Assembly: GCA_002269645.1 (NCBI GenBank)
Contig: NIVC01000884.1
Location: 310,001 to 374,000 of the forward strand
DNA length: 64,000 nt
DNA from: Macrostomum lignano
Taxonomy: Eukaryota
Direction of reading: 5' to 3'
Shown one piece after another: positions 22,287-46,052 of this stretch. Within the stretch, counting starts at the first letter, position 1. Every line of letters begins with the position of its first letter. A program made the position numbers and the translations under genes. The notes beneath the pieces are model-generated. The model saw only the letters and a program-made list of their open reading frames with translations. It had not been told where the DNA came from and did not search any database.

Positions 22287-23111
22287 TGGATACGAATGCA
22301 TCTGAGTAAGCGCGAAGCTGTTTGGAAAAATTCAAATCACAAACAGAACAGTAAAGTTTTGCTTGGAGTTTTTCAATTATAATTAAATCTTAGTAGAACA
22401 AAGTCATTATAGTAATATAATAATTATTATATTTAATCAATGTAAAACAAACCAACTTGCTAGCTCTAGTTAAGCTTAGCAAAATATTTGGCAAAAAAGT
22501 TGTAACAAATTTATACGACATTTCCTGCTGAGTCGCGTGAACACAGTTGCGGATCCAAGTCTACCCCAGAATCTCATGGACTTTGTAAGTTGAATTAGTA
22601 GAGCATGGGTCAGCTGGGTCAGACATTCTTATGGTATCTTATGTCAGGTAAAGTCAGGTATCCGCAACCCCTTGTTCTATTCAGTGCACTGCCGCATTCG
22701 CATTGACCCGGGGTGTTGTTGCTCGGTTCGTTCACACCCTGTGCGAGCGTGTATTTTAATGTATCAGGGATTTATCAATTATCCACTACCGAGCCGATCT
22801 GCCAGGTGAGTCAAACAATTACAATGAGTTCTTAAAGCCGCGTACTCATGTGAAAAGATTGAATTTGAAAAATGATTTAATGCAATTCATATCTACAAAA
22901 ATATATGCGCTAAGAAGGAAAAGTGAGAAAATCGTTATTTAAAAACAAGCGGGTTGACAGAGGAAGTTATTACAGTCAATTACAGTGAATTACAGCAAGT
23001 TAGTTAGCGGAATGCCAGAATATTAGGTCGAATAATTATCTGATAGTAAGTAGTACAGCAACAGAATTCGACATTGTCATAGGCGCTGTTGAACCTACAC
23101 ACGAGGGCGCA

Positions 23112-25290
23112 TCAGCCGTTGTAGCCATAATCAGCTTTGTTGTGCATCACGAGGCGATCATTCACGAAGTAGAAGCTGTCACTCTTCGTCTCGAACGGGT
23201 TGTCAATCATCTCTTTGACTGAAATTTGTTATTCGGAGTAAATTGATTTCACTCATTATTACTTACATTGCTCACTCATTAAACTGCTTATTCATTCACT
23301 AACTCACCCACACAATCACCCAATCCACTTATTCACTATATCGTGAACAGGGACACACGCAGCGGAAATAAGCCAAGCCGAAAGACATGGGTTTGCCATA
23401 GACTTGTGCAGAAAATCAGCAATCAATTTGGTCTCTATTTGCATTCTATTTGAGCTAACTAAAGATTATCTATAAAGATTCTCTAAGCGACTAAGGGTCT
23501 AGAAAGCTAATTTTGGAATAACGGCCTCTATGTGCCATGTCTCTTGTACTAGAGCTAATTTTGGGCGGAGCAAATTGAACACAAGTACACGGCTATTTCC
23601 GAATTGCTTTCTGCTCTCTGCTAAGTCTATGGCCAAACCCTACTGGCAAATTCGCACCATATTAAACTTAGATTTCGCCAAATAGAGCGCAAAAATGTAA
23701 TAATACATCTGCATGTAGACATTTCTCTGTGCCTTGTGGGGGCTGGCATGGATCTCACGCACGAGCTCTCTCACTCTAAACTTGCGCACCTTTAAACGCT
23801 AAAATCTTACCTTCCTCCTGCGTTAGACTCGGAAATTCGTAAATATGCTCGACGGTGTTTTTTGAATGCGGTATAACAAAGCCAAAATCGAAATCGAACG
23901 ATTTCAATAGCCGGTCGCGAAAATAATGACGCTCAATCATGCGGAATTTGGTGATCTCCAGGTCGCCGACTGTGAATTCGATTCTGATGGAATTAAAAAG
24001 GTCAAGTTATAGCCATGTCCTATACATGTAGTTTGTAAATAATACTATGGTAAATTCTGCAGAAATACCCGTAAAGTAGAGCATAGCCCCTAAAGCTGAT
24101 GCAAGATGGCACTGCGGTGTACTTTTGCCTTTTTATTTGAAGGCAGCACTGTTTTGTGCAGCGCAAAAGTACATGCAGCTGCTTTGTTGGCTTAAATATA
24201 ATTTTTCAGTTGCTTATACTTGCACTGCATTCTTTCGTTAGAACCTTCAGTTATAAACGGACAACATGTTGCACTTACCGACTCAAACCAACGAATGCAT
24301 TTCTATATGAAAAATGGCTAGAAAGAAATAACAAATCACAGAATTAAGAATAGAATTCTCACGTGGCGCCAACAGTTTTAAGCCGGAGAAAATCTTTCGG
24401 GAACTGGTAGCGAATGAACCGACCGGCATTCGGGTCGTCTGGATTTTGAACAATTTCTAAAGTCATGTAGGAAAGTTAGGTTTTAGGTAGGTGCATAAAT
24501 AAAAACAAAAATGCAATTAAAAGGCAGGAAAGATCTCAGTTCATGCGGTACCCGAATCTGGCGGTTTTGAAACTTCGAACAGGACCTGACCGGACACCAG
24601 ATCGCGGAGCTTGAATCGCGTGAACTCGATTTCGTACTTGTTTGCGTCCGTACTGCACAGGTATTCTTAAATAAAGAGGTTAGGCGTCGATTCAAATTAG
24701 CTATAGTTTGAGCCTAATGACTGAAGTTTAAACGATAACAATCAAATTTTTAAGTGAATTTTTAAACGAAAAAAATCATTTTTTCAATATTCTCTCACTT
24801 TATTAACTAATTGTACTAGTAAAATCAAAACTACATTAATTTTCGGAATAAAGCAAATAATTTATTTGAATACACTTGCCAGCTTGCCTTCGAAGTCAAA
24901 AATATTTTGACCCACTTTATGACTCAATAAAGCAACTAAATAGGAAAGTTACCTGACTCAGCAGCAGAGCTGTTTTTTAGGGGACTTGGTTTTTGGAAAG
25001 CTTTGCATTCAATGAAAGGAGAACCGTTCAATCGATACCGAATGGTACATTCTGTTCAATTTAAACTTCATTGGGGTACCTATACTAGTAAATACTATCG
25101 TTAAATTTAGAATTTAGTGGCAGCGTTGTCTCCTACCTTTCGTTGCCGACTTCAGACAAAGAACATCCTCAGGACGAATAGTTCCAGACTTAAGCAAATC
25201 ATCTTCTGTCTTCACTTTTGATTCATTAGCTTTTCTTGCAAGGACACTTCCACCTTTCTTCTTTGGAATTGCTTTAGTTTGTGAAGCCAT
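23112..25290 (-). CDS. UNC119: UNC-119 lipid-binding chaperone, 213 aa; exons 25290-25137, 24665-24552, 24456-24363, 23983-23811, 23218-23112
   Basis: Spliced translation contains [107 protein letters not shown] and [28 protein letters not shown]. All GT-AG; 642 nt in frame. Mostly missed by the ORF track. Confidence 0.96.
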
Positions 25291-25813
25291 TGTCAATGAG
25301 ATTTGACTGTTATAGTTTTGAAATATAATCGACCAACAAGCTTTGTGTGAAAAATAGTGGGATAGGTACAAGTTAAAAAAGTAGGATACCGAGTAGAAAA
25401 AAAAGTTATTGGATTCATCGCAAGAAAATATAAACAGTGAAAAGTGTTATTTTAACTAAAAAATTTTTTTTTAGAACAGTTATCTTAAAGTGCGTCTTTT
25501 TCGAAACATATATTTGTTTTAGTTTACTAAAAGTCTTAATGTTTTTTGAATCAAAATAATTTTCGTCCGGACCTTAGAAATAATCCATCACGTTGGCACT
25601 GGAGCTACAAATCTGGTTATTATTATTATATTCTCTTTAATATCGAGATAACGCATTAATTTTTACTTCTCTGTAGAGACCCTTCGTAGGCTGCTTGATT
25701 TTTTGTTTTATTTGGCAATCTAAAAGACAAGCATCAGGTCTATAACTAAAATAAAAAACTATCCTACTTATACTACCTTGCTGTAAGCCTGTAACCTTTG
25801 CGCCTTAAATACT
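25291..25813. promoter_or_regulatory. Probable shared divergent promoter region of UNC119 and DNM1L
   Basis: Only 523 nt of AT-rich DNA between the two divergent ATGs; positional inference only. Confidence 0.5.
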
Positions 25814-36509
<10,696 letters not shown>

Positions 36510-36934
36510 GAAAAGTACTAATTGACAGTCCCGAGTAGACAAAGATTGCCGGCTACAAACAGACAATGCGGACCCAGTCTTAATCGGTCTTATTGTTCTT
36601 TTTTTCAATTCAGAGTTTGAAAAACTACGATTTGACTGACAACTTTGTGTGACAACTTCTGCGGCAAATTTCTTCTGCTTTAACCAGATAAAAAAGATTT
36701 GCTGCTGTTGCAATTTGGCTCCAAACTTGTTTTTTTACACGGTACGTGACAAATAAAAATAAAAAAGTTATACCTTGTAAAATTTATTTACAAATTATCG
36801 ATCGAAATAAAAATTGTTTTTCTTCCTCCTGTCCTGTTTCTTGCGTGCTTGTGTGTGTGCGTTTTTAAGACCTCAGTTTCTGAGGCTATGTTTGATCATC
36901 GTATAAAATAATCCGCGAATTCCCCTGTCTATAA

Positions 36935-37500
36935 AATGATTCGGGAATTCCCTTAGCAACAGTGTATAGAATCATTCGGGAATTCCCTTAGCAACAGTAT
37001 ATAGAATCATTCGGGAATTCCCTTAGCAACAGTATATAGAATCATTCGGGAATTCCCTTAGCAACGGTCTATAGAATCATTCGGGAATTCGCTTAGCAAA
37101 AGTCTACGAGTACAGAACCATTCGGGAATTCCCTTAGCAACAGTCTACAGAACCATTCGTGAATTCCCTCCCCTAGCAACAGCCTATAGAATCATTTTGG
37201 AATTCCTTTAGCAATGTTCTATAGAATCATTCGGGATTTCCCTTAACAGTCTACAGAACCATTCGGGAATTCCCTTAGCAACAGTCTACAGAACCATTCG
37301 TGAATTCCCTCCCCTAGCAACAGCCTATAGAATCATTTTGGAATTCCTTTAGCAATGGTCTATAGAATCATTCGGAATTTCCCTTAACAGTCTACAGAAC
37401 CATTCGGGAATTCCCTTAGCAACAGTCTACAGAACCATTCGGGAATTCCCTTAGCAACAGTCTATAGAACCATTTGGGAATTCCCTCAGCGACAGTCTAT
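36935..37500. repeat. About 35-bp minisatellite ATTCGGGAATTCCCTTAGCAACAGTCTATAGAATC
   Basis: Direct reading. Confidence 0.94.
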
Positions 37501-38887
37501 GAAACGGTTCCGGTATTCCTAGGAAAATAACCTTTTGACTAATACAAGCGCACGTGGTAATGCGATATTCCACATGCGGTTGTCATATAAACAGCGTGCA
37601 CATTGTCTGTCTCACAAATTTGATCTTATAATTCGCGTGTGACAGATCGAAATCTATTACTTCCTTGACGCCCTCTGCGCTGATTCCTTATTGTTGGTTG
37701 GAATTTTTCGAATCAATTTTTTTCATTGTAAACCCCCGTGTGACGATTGAATTCGATGGCTTTACGAGTAATCGTACGAGTAATTGCGAGTACTTTATTT
37801 TGCATAGCGAAATGCCTAACTTATAAACCGCATGCTTATTAATAATATTAACTAGGACTGAATTATACTTGAGCGTCATTTGTACGAATTTCGAATGGCT
37901 TGCTGTGTTATACTTTATTTTACTATATTAATTTACTCAAAAAAATATGTGCACATTGTGAGTTAGCTTCTAATATGCCATTTTTACTATTAAATTTCGA
38001 ATAAGGAATGCGACAGAAATCACTTACTGTAAGTAGTACGGATTGCAAACATTTGCTAAATTTGTTATTCAACTGTAAAAAAGTATTTTTCATTGGGATT
38101 AGTCTTAAGAGATATGCTCACTTTTTATTTCTTGAATTGTGTAGTTCAGTTTTATAGAATATTTTATGGTATTGCAGTAATAATTTATTAACCCTCTTTC
38201 GAATGTCGTTTCTGCTAGTTTAGTTAAAACCCGATTAATAATACAATTATAATTATATTGAATTATCCCTCAGAACGCATTCGTCATTGTCTGCATTAAA
38301 TTTGTCACAACTTATAATCTGCCCCATCGCAAAGGTTTTCATTTATTACATTTCAATTTATACTGGCCTTCATGCCTAGTTATTGAATTAATCATTTTTA
38401 CTGCATTGCTATATCAGTTTCCACGCCCACTCTAAGTATATAAAAATGTTTTTTGTTATTCAATAGAAACAGAAATAAATGGTTTATAACAACCGTATCT
38501 ATATATGTATATAATTAAAAAATTAACTTTGTTACAATTATACAGGCGCCACCACCAGCAGAGATGCAGAGCAGTGTACCAGCGACCTTGATGTTGGTAC
38601 AAACGAACAAGAGCAGAAAAAGTTTCTATTTGCAATTTTAATTTGTTTATTATTTACTTTCATAGGTTAAACTGAATTTTCGCTATACATGAATGCACAA
38701 ATTGTTTAATTAGACTTTGACAAAGTTTGTAGCAGATACTTAAACGATTAAATCTGCTTGGTGGAAACCACAGGAAATGGAAACGTGGGCGCCGGCAAAA
38801 ATCACCTGTATAACGCCTGGATACTTCACTTTTTTAGTGATATTCAAATCACGCATTAGTAAATTCTTAGAAATGGTTTCTAAATGA

Positions 38888-39222
38888 GGGACCCGTAGCC
38901 CAGTGGTCTGGCGTGGCGCTTTGATGTGCCAGCGGCCCATGGGCTCGATTCCAAATGCAGTCACATACATTAATTTGGGGCTAAATTGGAGTCTCGGCTT
39001 GGCTCTGCTCGTGCAATTAACGCCCTTGAAGGCCAACCCCCAAGGCACAGTGATGTGTACATGTCAAACGATAAATAAAGTTAGGGCCGCTGTACACTCC
39101 TGTGTGTGTGCCTGTGCGTATGACTGCGTACGTATCCGCGCGCTTGTGTGCCTGCTCAGGGGAGTCTGCGGAATGGGGTTGTGTGACAATGTCGCTTAAA
39201 GTGCACCCAGGTGCACACAGTG
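38888..39222 (+). mobile_element. tRNA-headed SINE-like element, copy 1
   Basis: Pol III A box TAGCCCAGTGG (38896-38906) and B box GGCTCGATTCC (38942-38952); the body matches the reverse complement of 53222-53583. Confidence 0.75.
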
Positions 39223-39584
39223 TTTCTAAATCATCTGTAGATATTGATTGAAGTGATTATGAAATTCACACGATTCACTTGATAATGAAACGATCTCTTT
39301 TAAATGTACATATAGCTTGTGCAAAACTTGCTGCGTAGACTTCAAAGACCACGTTTTCAGGAATCAAAGCGGATTCCTTTGTAAAAAACAGTAAAACAAC
39401 CAAATATATTCCTGGCATCATAGTCGCACGACATTTTCTGCATAGCAACAACAATTGAAGCAATTAATGAACTGGGGTTTCCAACCGGTGTATTTCAATA
39501 AAGCAGCAGAGTTACAGCGGTGAATGAATACATCCGAATAATATAGCCAAAAATGCTCAACTTTAACTGTCTGACTGATAAGCC

Positions 39585-42500
39585 TTACTGCATGGGATTA
39601 GGCACAGTCGCTGCTGGGGCAATAATCCCAGGCGGGGGAGGCGGCTGCATGGGATAGATTGTCGCCGGCTGCTGCATCGCTCCAATGGCCACAGACGGGC
39701 CGCCGCTGCTGCCGCCTCCGCCGGCATCATCCGCCGAGGCCGATTTGCCTCCGGCAGCAGAATTTCTGGGCGGCGGAGATTTCGGCCGCAGGCGTTCGAT
39801 CTCCTCTGTACAGCCGGTCAGGTGGGCCTGCGCGTCGCGGCTGAAATAGCCAGAATAGATGCGCGAATCGAAGTTCGAAGCGGCCAGCTCGGGGCCCAGG
39901 GACAGCCAGCCTTTTCTAACGGTGTCGTCCCTGGCGAACAGGTGCAGCCGGCGCCTGCCCAGACAGAAGTGCTCGATAATGTTGAACAGCTCGGCTGGGT
40001 GCGCCTTCTGGCCCCAGCCCGGCTCCTCGTGCATGATGAGGTCAATGTCAACGTTGGCATGGATGAAGTCGCCATCAGTGGAGCGGCGAACCGTGCCCTT
40101 GATACCCATGAGGCAGTGCTCCTTGGTCTGCTGGAATAGGGCCGTCTCCGCCTCCACCTGCGATTAAGGGTGAGGATTAAAAGTGCGAGCAGTTGTACTT
40201 TAACAGACAGAAGGAAGGGGGGCGTTTCGTCACGTTCCGCAGTTATATCGCACTCCGTAATGACTCTGTAAAAAACATCACAATCCTCATAATTCATGAC
40301 AATCCCCAAACTTCATAATTCCCATAATTCATGACAATTCCCAGACTTCGTAATTCCCATAATTCATGACAATCCCCAAACTTCACAATCCCCATAATTC
40401 AGGACAATCCCCAGACTTCATAATTCCCATAATTCATGACAATCCCCAAGCTTCACAATCCCCATAATTCATGACCTTTTCCAAGCTTCACAATCCCCAT
40501 AATTCATGACCTTTTCCAAGCTTCACAAATCCCCATAATTCATGAAATTTTCCAAGCTTCACAATATCCATCATTCATGACATCTTCCAAGCTTCACAAT
40601 CCACAAAATTCATGAAATTCCCCATAATTCACGACAATCCCCATAATTTATGACATTCCCTATAATTCACGACAATCCCCATAATTTATGACATTCCCTA
40701 TAATTCATGATAATCCCCATAATTCATGACATTTTCCAAGCTTCACAATCCCCATAATTCATGACATTTTCCAAGCTTCACAATCCCCATAATTCATGAC
40801 ATTTTCCAAGCTTCACAATCCCCATAATTCATGACATTTTCCAAGCTTCACAATCCCCAAAATTCATGACATTTTCCAAGCTTTACAATCCCCAAAATTC
40901 ATGATTATCCCCATAATTAATGATTATCCCCATAATTCATGATTATCCCCAAGCTTCACAATCCCCAAATATCATGACAATCCCCATATTCATGACATTC
41001 CCTATAATTAATGACAATCCCCATAATTAATGATTATCCCCAAGCTTCACAATCCCAAAAATTCATGACAATCCCTATAATTCATGATAATCCCCATAAT
41101 TCATGATTATCCCCAAGCTTCACAATCCCAAAAATTCATGACAATCCCTATAATTCATGATAATCCCCATATTCATGACATTCCCTATAATTAATGACAA
41201 TCCCCATAATTAATGATTATCCCCAAGCTTCACAATCCCAAAAATTCATGACAATCACAAAAATTCATGACAATCCCCATAATTTATGATTATCCCCAAG
41301 CTTCACAATCCCTAAAATCCAACAATCATCCAACGGGGCAAGCGCACCCCAATATCAGGAACATCTAACTGCCAGAAACAATCCGCCTACCAGCTTGTGT
41401 CCTGGCCGGCCCTTGTTAGTCTTGATCCAGCAGATATCTTCGCACCTACGGAAGCCCCATTTGCGCAGACAGCGGCGGCCGTGCTCCAGACTCTCGCCGT
41501 TGCCGCACCAGAGCCACACGAAGCAGCGGGGGGCGGTGATCTCCTCAATTTTTAACTGTTCAATTTCGTCCCAGGACCAATAGCGGGGGTAATAAACACC
41601 GTGCGATATGTTGTACTCTTCGAGTGGCGGCTCGACCAAGATGGCGTCAAATTTGCAGTTGAGATCGTTCAAGTTGAAGGTGAGCAGGTCGCACCTGGTG
41701 TTTGGGAATTAGAGGTGCAAGTGACGATTGGGAAGATTCTAAAGGTTTATATCGGGAAGATTCTGAAGGTGTCTTTCAGATGGTGGCTTTTGGGAAGATT
41801 CAAATGGTGGCTTTTGGGAAGATTCTGAAGGTGGCTTTTGGGAAGATTCAGATGGTAGCAATTTTGGGAAGATTCTAATGGTGGCTTTTGGGAAGATTCT
41901 GATGGGGCAACTGGGAATATTATGATGAGACAATTGAGAAGATTATGATGGGACAGTTGGAAAGATTATGATGAGGCAACTGGGAAAATTATGATGAGGC
42001 AACTGGGAAAACTATGATGAGGCAACTGGGAAGATGATGATGGGGAAACTGGGAAAATGATGATGGGGAAACTGGGAAAATTTTGATGGGGAAACTGGGA
42101 AAAGTTTGATGGGGAAACTGGGAAAATTATGAAGGGGCAATTGGGAAGATTATGATGGGGCAATTAGGAAGATGATAATATGAGACTATTGGGAGAAATC
42201 TGAGGGTGACAATAGACAAGATTCTAGGTAAATGTTGCTAAAGAAGTTAATACATACTTGAGATACATGGGCGGAGTAGCCGTCTCTTTCACAAGTTCGT
42301 CCTTCAGCCGAATAAGCTCGCGCAATTTCGGGTATTCAGCAAACCGGTTGGCCAGGCCGGCATCGCGAATGAAATTCTGCGGCCTCAGGCCGGTGTCAAC
42401 AAAGTGCTGGCTGTAGTCATTGTGCGGATTGGCCGACTGGGTGCCCTTCAGGAAGATGTTCTTGAAGTCTGCCGGGTTGCGCGTGTTGCCGGCTGCGTCC

Positions 42501-43393
42501 TGCGTGGAAAGCAGACTGGCGGCCTGGCAGTGTTGAGTTTCGGGCGCGCGAATTTGAATGTGGACTTTCTAAGAATTCTATTAGAATACATTTGCAATAA
42601 AATACAAACCCAGAACCCAGCAACTGAGGGTCTGGGAGGCTGGCCCAGCAACTGAGGGTCTGGGAGGCTGGCCCAGCAACTGAGGGTCTGGGAGGCTGGC
42701 CCAGCAACTGAGGATCTGGGAGGCTGACTGCTCAGCCGCAATATCCCAAGAAACCCCAGGCTACTCCAGTTCGCAGCGGCAGCAGACCGCAATGCAGCTC
42801 ACAACTTCCTCGGCAGACTTTTGAACGGCCTCGCTAGTAGACGAGTCGCCACCGGCGCTCTGAACTCGCCTGTGCCGCAGCACGGAGGTCGCCGTCGGGC
42901 CCGCATTCGACGTTGCGGTTGTCGCCGCCTTGGTTGCATCGTCGCTGACAGGCGCTGCTGCCTTGGACGCGGTAGCCGCCGAAGTCATGGACAGCAGCAG
43001 GGAGGACGGCAGCTTCGGCGGTGGCGGAGCCGCCAATCGGCGAATGCCGGTCACGTAGGCCTCAGGATCGAAGCCAGACTTGCCGAGCACCCGGCTGAGC
43101 TGGTCCGGGTGCAGCAAGCCGAACAGGTGCGCCAGAGAGTGGCGCCGGATTGCTTGGCGCCGACGTATGCGCCGAAGCCAACGCCGTCTGGAGCGCTGCT
43201 TTAACAGCGCGGATTCGGCAAACGACGGAGCTTCGTCTAATTCGTCTTTGTCGTCATCTTGATGGACTGCAGGCGGCGACAGCGGAGGAGGCGGCGGCGG
43301 AGGAGGCGGCATCTGCTGCTCCTCGGAATTACCGCCAGGGTTGCAGAGAGAATCTGCGCCGTCCCCGCTGCCGCCGTGAATTGCTGTTTGCAT
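39585..43393 (-). CDS. METTL14: m6A writer scaffold METTL14, about 569 aa; exons 43393-42803, 42499-42258 (alternative in-frame acceptor 42568), 41694-41391, 40157-39585
   Basis: [68 protein letters not shown] (EPPL, not the catalytic DPPW of METTL3), [53 protein letters not shown] and [15 protein letters not shown] introns with consistent phases. Confidence 0.95.
40280..41320. repeat. Composite 17/35-bp minisatellite CCCCATAATTCATGACATTTTCCAAGCTTCACAAT (METTL14 intron 3)
   Basis: Direct reading. Confidence 0.94.
41715..42200. repeat. Degenerate about 23-bp minisatellite GGGAAGATT(C/A)TGA..., drifting along the array (METTL14 intron 2)
   Basis: Direct reading. Confidence 0.88.
42610..42725. 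repeat. 28-bp GGGAGGCTGGCCCAGCAACTGAGG-family minisatellite (METTL14 intron 1)
   Basis: About 4 units matching the 31056-31765 unit. Confidence 0.93.
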
Positions 43394-43499
43394 GGGCGCT
43401 GCTTTCAGACATAAGTAAAATGTCAATATTGAAAACTTGATGAACAACTACTAACAGTAGTTAAATGCAGCAAAAAATAATCTAAAAAAACGAAATTCT

Positions 43500-43680
43500 G
43501 CCGATTCCACTGACTTCTGAGCAGAAGCAAGCGTGCCATTACTGTACGCAGGCGCGCACTCTACACGCGCTCACACAGGGTGTACAGCGGTCCTGACTTT
43601 ATAATCGTAAGGCATGTACACTCTCTGCGCCTTTGGGACTGGCACTCACGGGTTCGAATTGCACGACAACCCCAACGACT
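43500..43680 (-). mobile_element. Diverged fragment of the same SINE-like element (central part)
   Basis: The reverse complement contains GTGTACATGCCTTACGATTATAAAGTCAGGACCGCTGTACAC, compared with GTGTACATGTCAAACGATAAATAAAGTTAGGGCCGCTGTACAC in copy 1. Confidence 0.6.
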
Positions 43681-44365
43681 ACATATATATATTATTTCAA
43701 TAGAACATGTAGACAGGCCTCGGAGTGTCAATTGCAACAGCAAATTTTCAAACAGCAATCGACACGGTGTAAAGCCTGACAGCACAGCTGTTTAATATTG
43801 CATTGTTTAATCCTTCCAGGCCAGCTCATGATGGTAAAAAATAAGAAGGGCTGGCTTGGTACACACCAATGCAAAGCTGAGGTTTTGTAAGTTGCAACTT
43901 CATGAGGGTTCAGATAAGAGGATAAACCTCAGTATGGATTAGGTGAGATTTACGGGATGGATTAATGGAGATTTGCATGGAGGATTATGGAGGATCTCGA
44001 GACTGGATGATGGGAGATTCTAGGACTATTTTATGGGAGATTTTCAGGCTAGATTATGGGAAACTTTGGGGTTAGGATCATGGGAGATACGTACTGAGAC
44101 TGGATTAAGGAACAATCTGGAGGTCGGTCTATGGAAAATCTTAAGGCTAGATTAGGACAGAAATATGAAATTAATAAAATCCATGCATTGCCTAACAATA
44201 CCAGATAAGTGATTGAAAAATCAAACATTTAACAGAGTAGAACAGATTTTAAATTGAAATAATTTATTTATAAATGGCATTGAACCTGCTTAGATAAGCG
44301 AAAGCAAACAGGCGGATTAGACAGGTAAAAACTACAGTCGACTTAAGACAATCTTAGCTAATAGC

Positions 44366-45649
44366 TCAGGTTATACGATAATTAGCATAGGCCCTGTTCT
44401 CTTCGCATGTTTTGTGCAATTGCAATTTGGCGTGCACAGCTTTGCCTTCATTGTTGCTGGCATTCACCAGCTCCCTGGCCAGCGAGCGGTACAGGTGCTC
44501 CTTGGTGCCGCGAACGTTTGACGCAATTCGCAGAAATTTAAACGCTCGCATTTGACTCTCCGACTCGCGCAGCGGGCAGGGCACTTTGTATAGGAAGCCG
44601 CCGCGAAACACGTGCTTAATGATGAGCAGAGGTGAGCAGTTCTCAACGGCTTTGTGTATGACGCGAGTGGGGTCCACCTGCAGCGATGGTGAGACTTAGT
44701 TAGTGGAATTCTATGGCTGTAGAAAGACCGGGGATCTGGGAGGCTGGCCCAGCAACTAAGGATCTGGGAGGCTGTCTCAGCAGCTGAGGATCTGGGAGAG
44801 CGGTGGCCCAGGAACTAAAGATCTGGGAGGCTGTCTCAGCAGCTGAGGATCTGGGAGAGCGGTGGCTCAGCAACTAAGGATCTGGGAGGCTGTCTCAGCA
44901 GCTGAGGATCTGGGAGAGCGGTGGCCCAGCAACTAAGGATCTGGGAGGCTGTTTCAGCAGCTGAGGATCTGGGAGAGCGGTGGCCCAGCAACTAAGGATC
45001 TGGGAGGCTGTCTCAGCAGCTGAGGATCTGGGAGAGCGGTGGCCCAACAACTGAGGATTTGGGAGAGCGGTGGCCCAACAACTGAGGATCTGGGAGAGCA
45101 GTGGCCCAGCAACCCAGGATTTGGGAGGCTGGCCCAGCAGATCAGGATCTATTTGGTTGGGAAGATCTCGAAGGATTTTCCTACACCCAAAGATTTCCAA
45201 TCCCAGAGTGAACTAGCCTCAATGGACGCTTTCTCCTCAGGCGGCGCGGCGTTTCGCCGGGCCATCTGGATGTGCTTGATCTCTGCCATCATCTGGGTGA
45301 ACACGTCGCGCAATTTGTCTCGCTGGCCGCATTTGACAAAGTGTCCAGCAAAGCTGTTTACAATAGGATCGTAGTGCACGCTGAATATCTGGTACTTGCC
45401 AGGCGGCCGGACAGCTTTAGTCCGACGCTCGTCAGTTTTGGGAATGTGCCGCGTGAACAGGTGCGGGTCCGGGTCGGTCTTGGTCCATTCCGGAAACGGG
45501 CCGCGCTTGCGAACTTTCTGTAGAGGCGATTTGTGCCGCACCGGCTGCTGGCTGAGAATGGCGGCGGCGGCAGCGGTTGTTGCGGCCGAGCCCGAGCGAG
45601 ACTGACAGCCTAGCAGGCGGCTGGCATAGCCCAGTAGCAGCTGGGACAT
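44366..45649 (-). CDS. MRPS7: Mitochondrial ribosomal protein S7 (uS7m), about 247 aa; exons 45649-45218 and 44677-44366
   Basis: Transit-peptide-like N-terminus; SVHYDPIVNSFAGHFVKCG, VIHKAVENCSPLL..RGGFLYKVPCPL and LHKTCEENRAYANYR (uS7 C-terminal motif). The donor appears to be GC (see findings). Confidence 0.93.
44732..45140. repeat. 28-30-bp GGATCTGGGAGGCTG..CAGCAACTGA-family minisatellite (MRPS7 intron)
   Basis: Alternating variants of the 31056-31765 unit. Confidence 0.94.
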
Positions 45650-46052
45650 TTATCTCGGTTGTACCTCCGAATCGTTGTTTTTGTCTAGCTTATAGCTTGA
45701 GAATGGCTGCTCAGCCGAGAATGCTAGAATAATAATTAGTATGTTATTAATTAGTAGCTTTATTAACAACATTAATAGTAAAAATCAAACATTAATTATA
45801 TGCTAATTGAAAGAAACATTTTTGTATTCAAATATATCAATAAGTAATGAACGATAAGCGTGTTTATTTTTTAATACAATTCACACTTAATTAGAATGCT
45901 AAGCTTGATATTAGTAATTACAAGATATAAAGCATTGAGACAATAAATAAAGTATTACTAAGGGTCACCGGAAGGTCAAATCGTTAGGGGACCAATCATG
46001 CAGAGAATAATGAATAAGAGATGTGAGCACAGTGTGAGACAGCGAAACTGAG

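Noticed and set aside
38888-38960. tRNA gene
   Set aside because: A and B boxes are present, but I could not find a convincing cloverleaf. The sequence continues into a shared 300-bp body, as expected for a SINE head.
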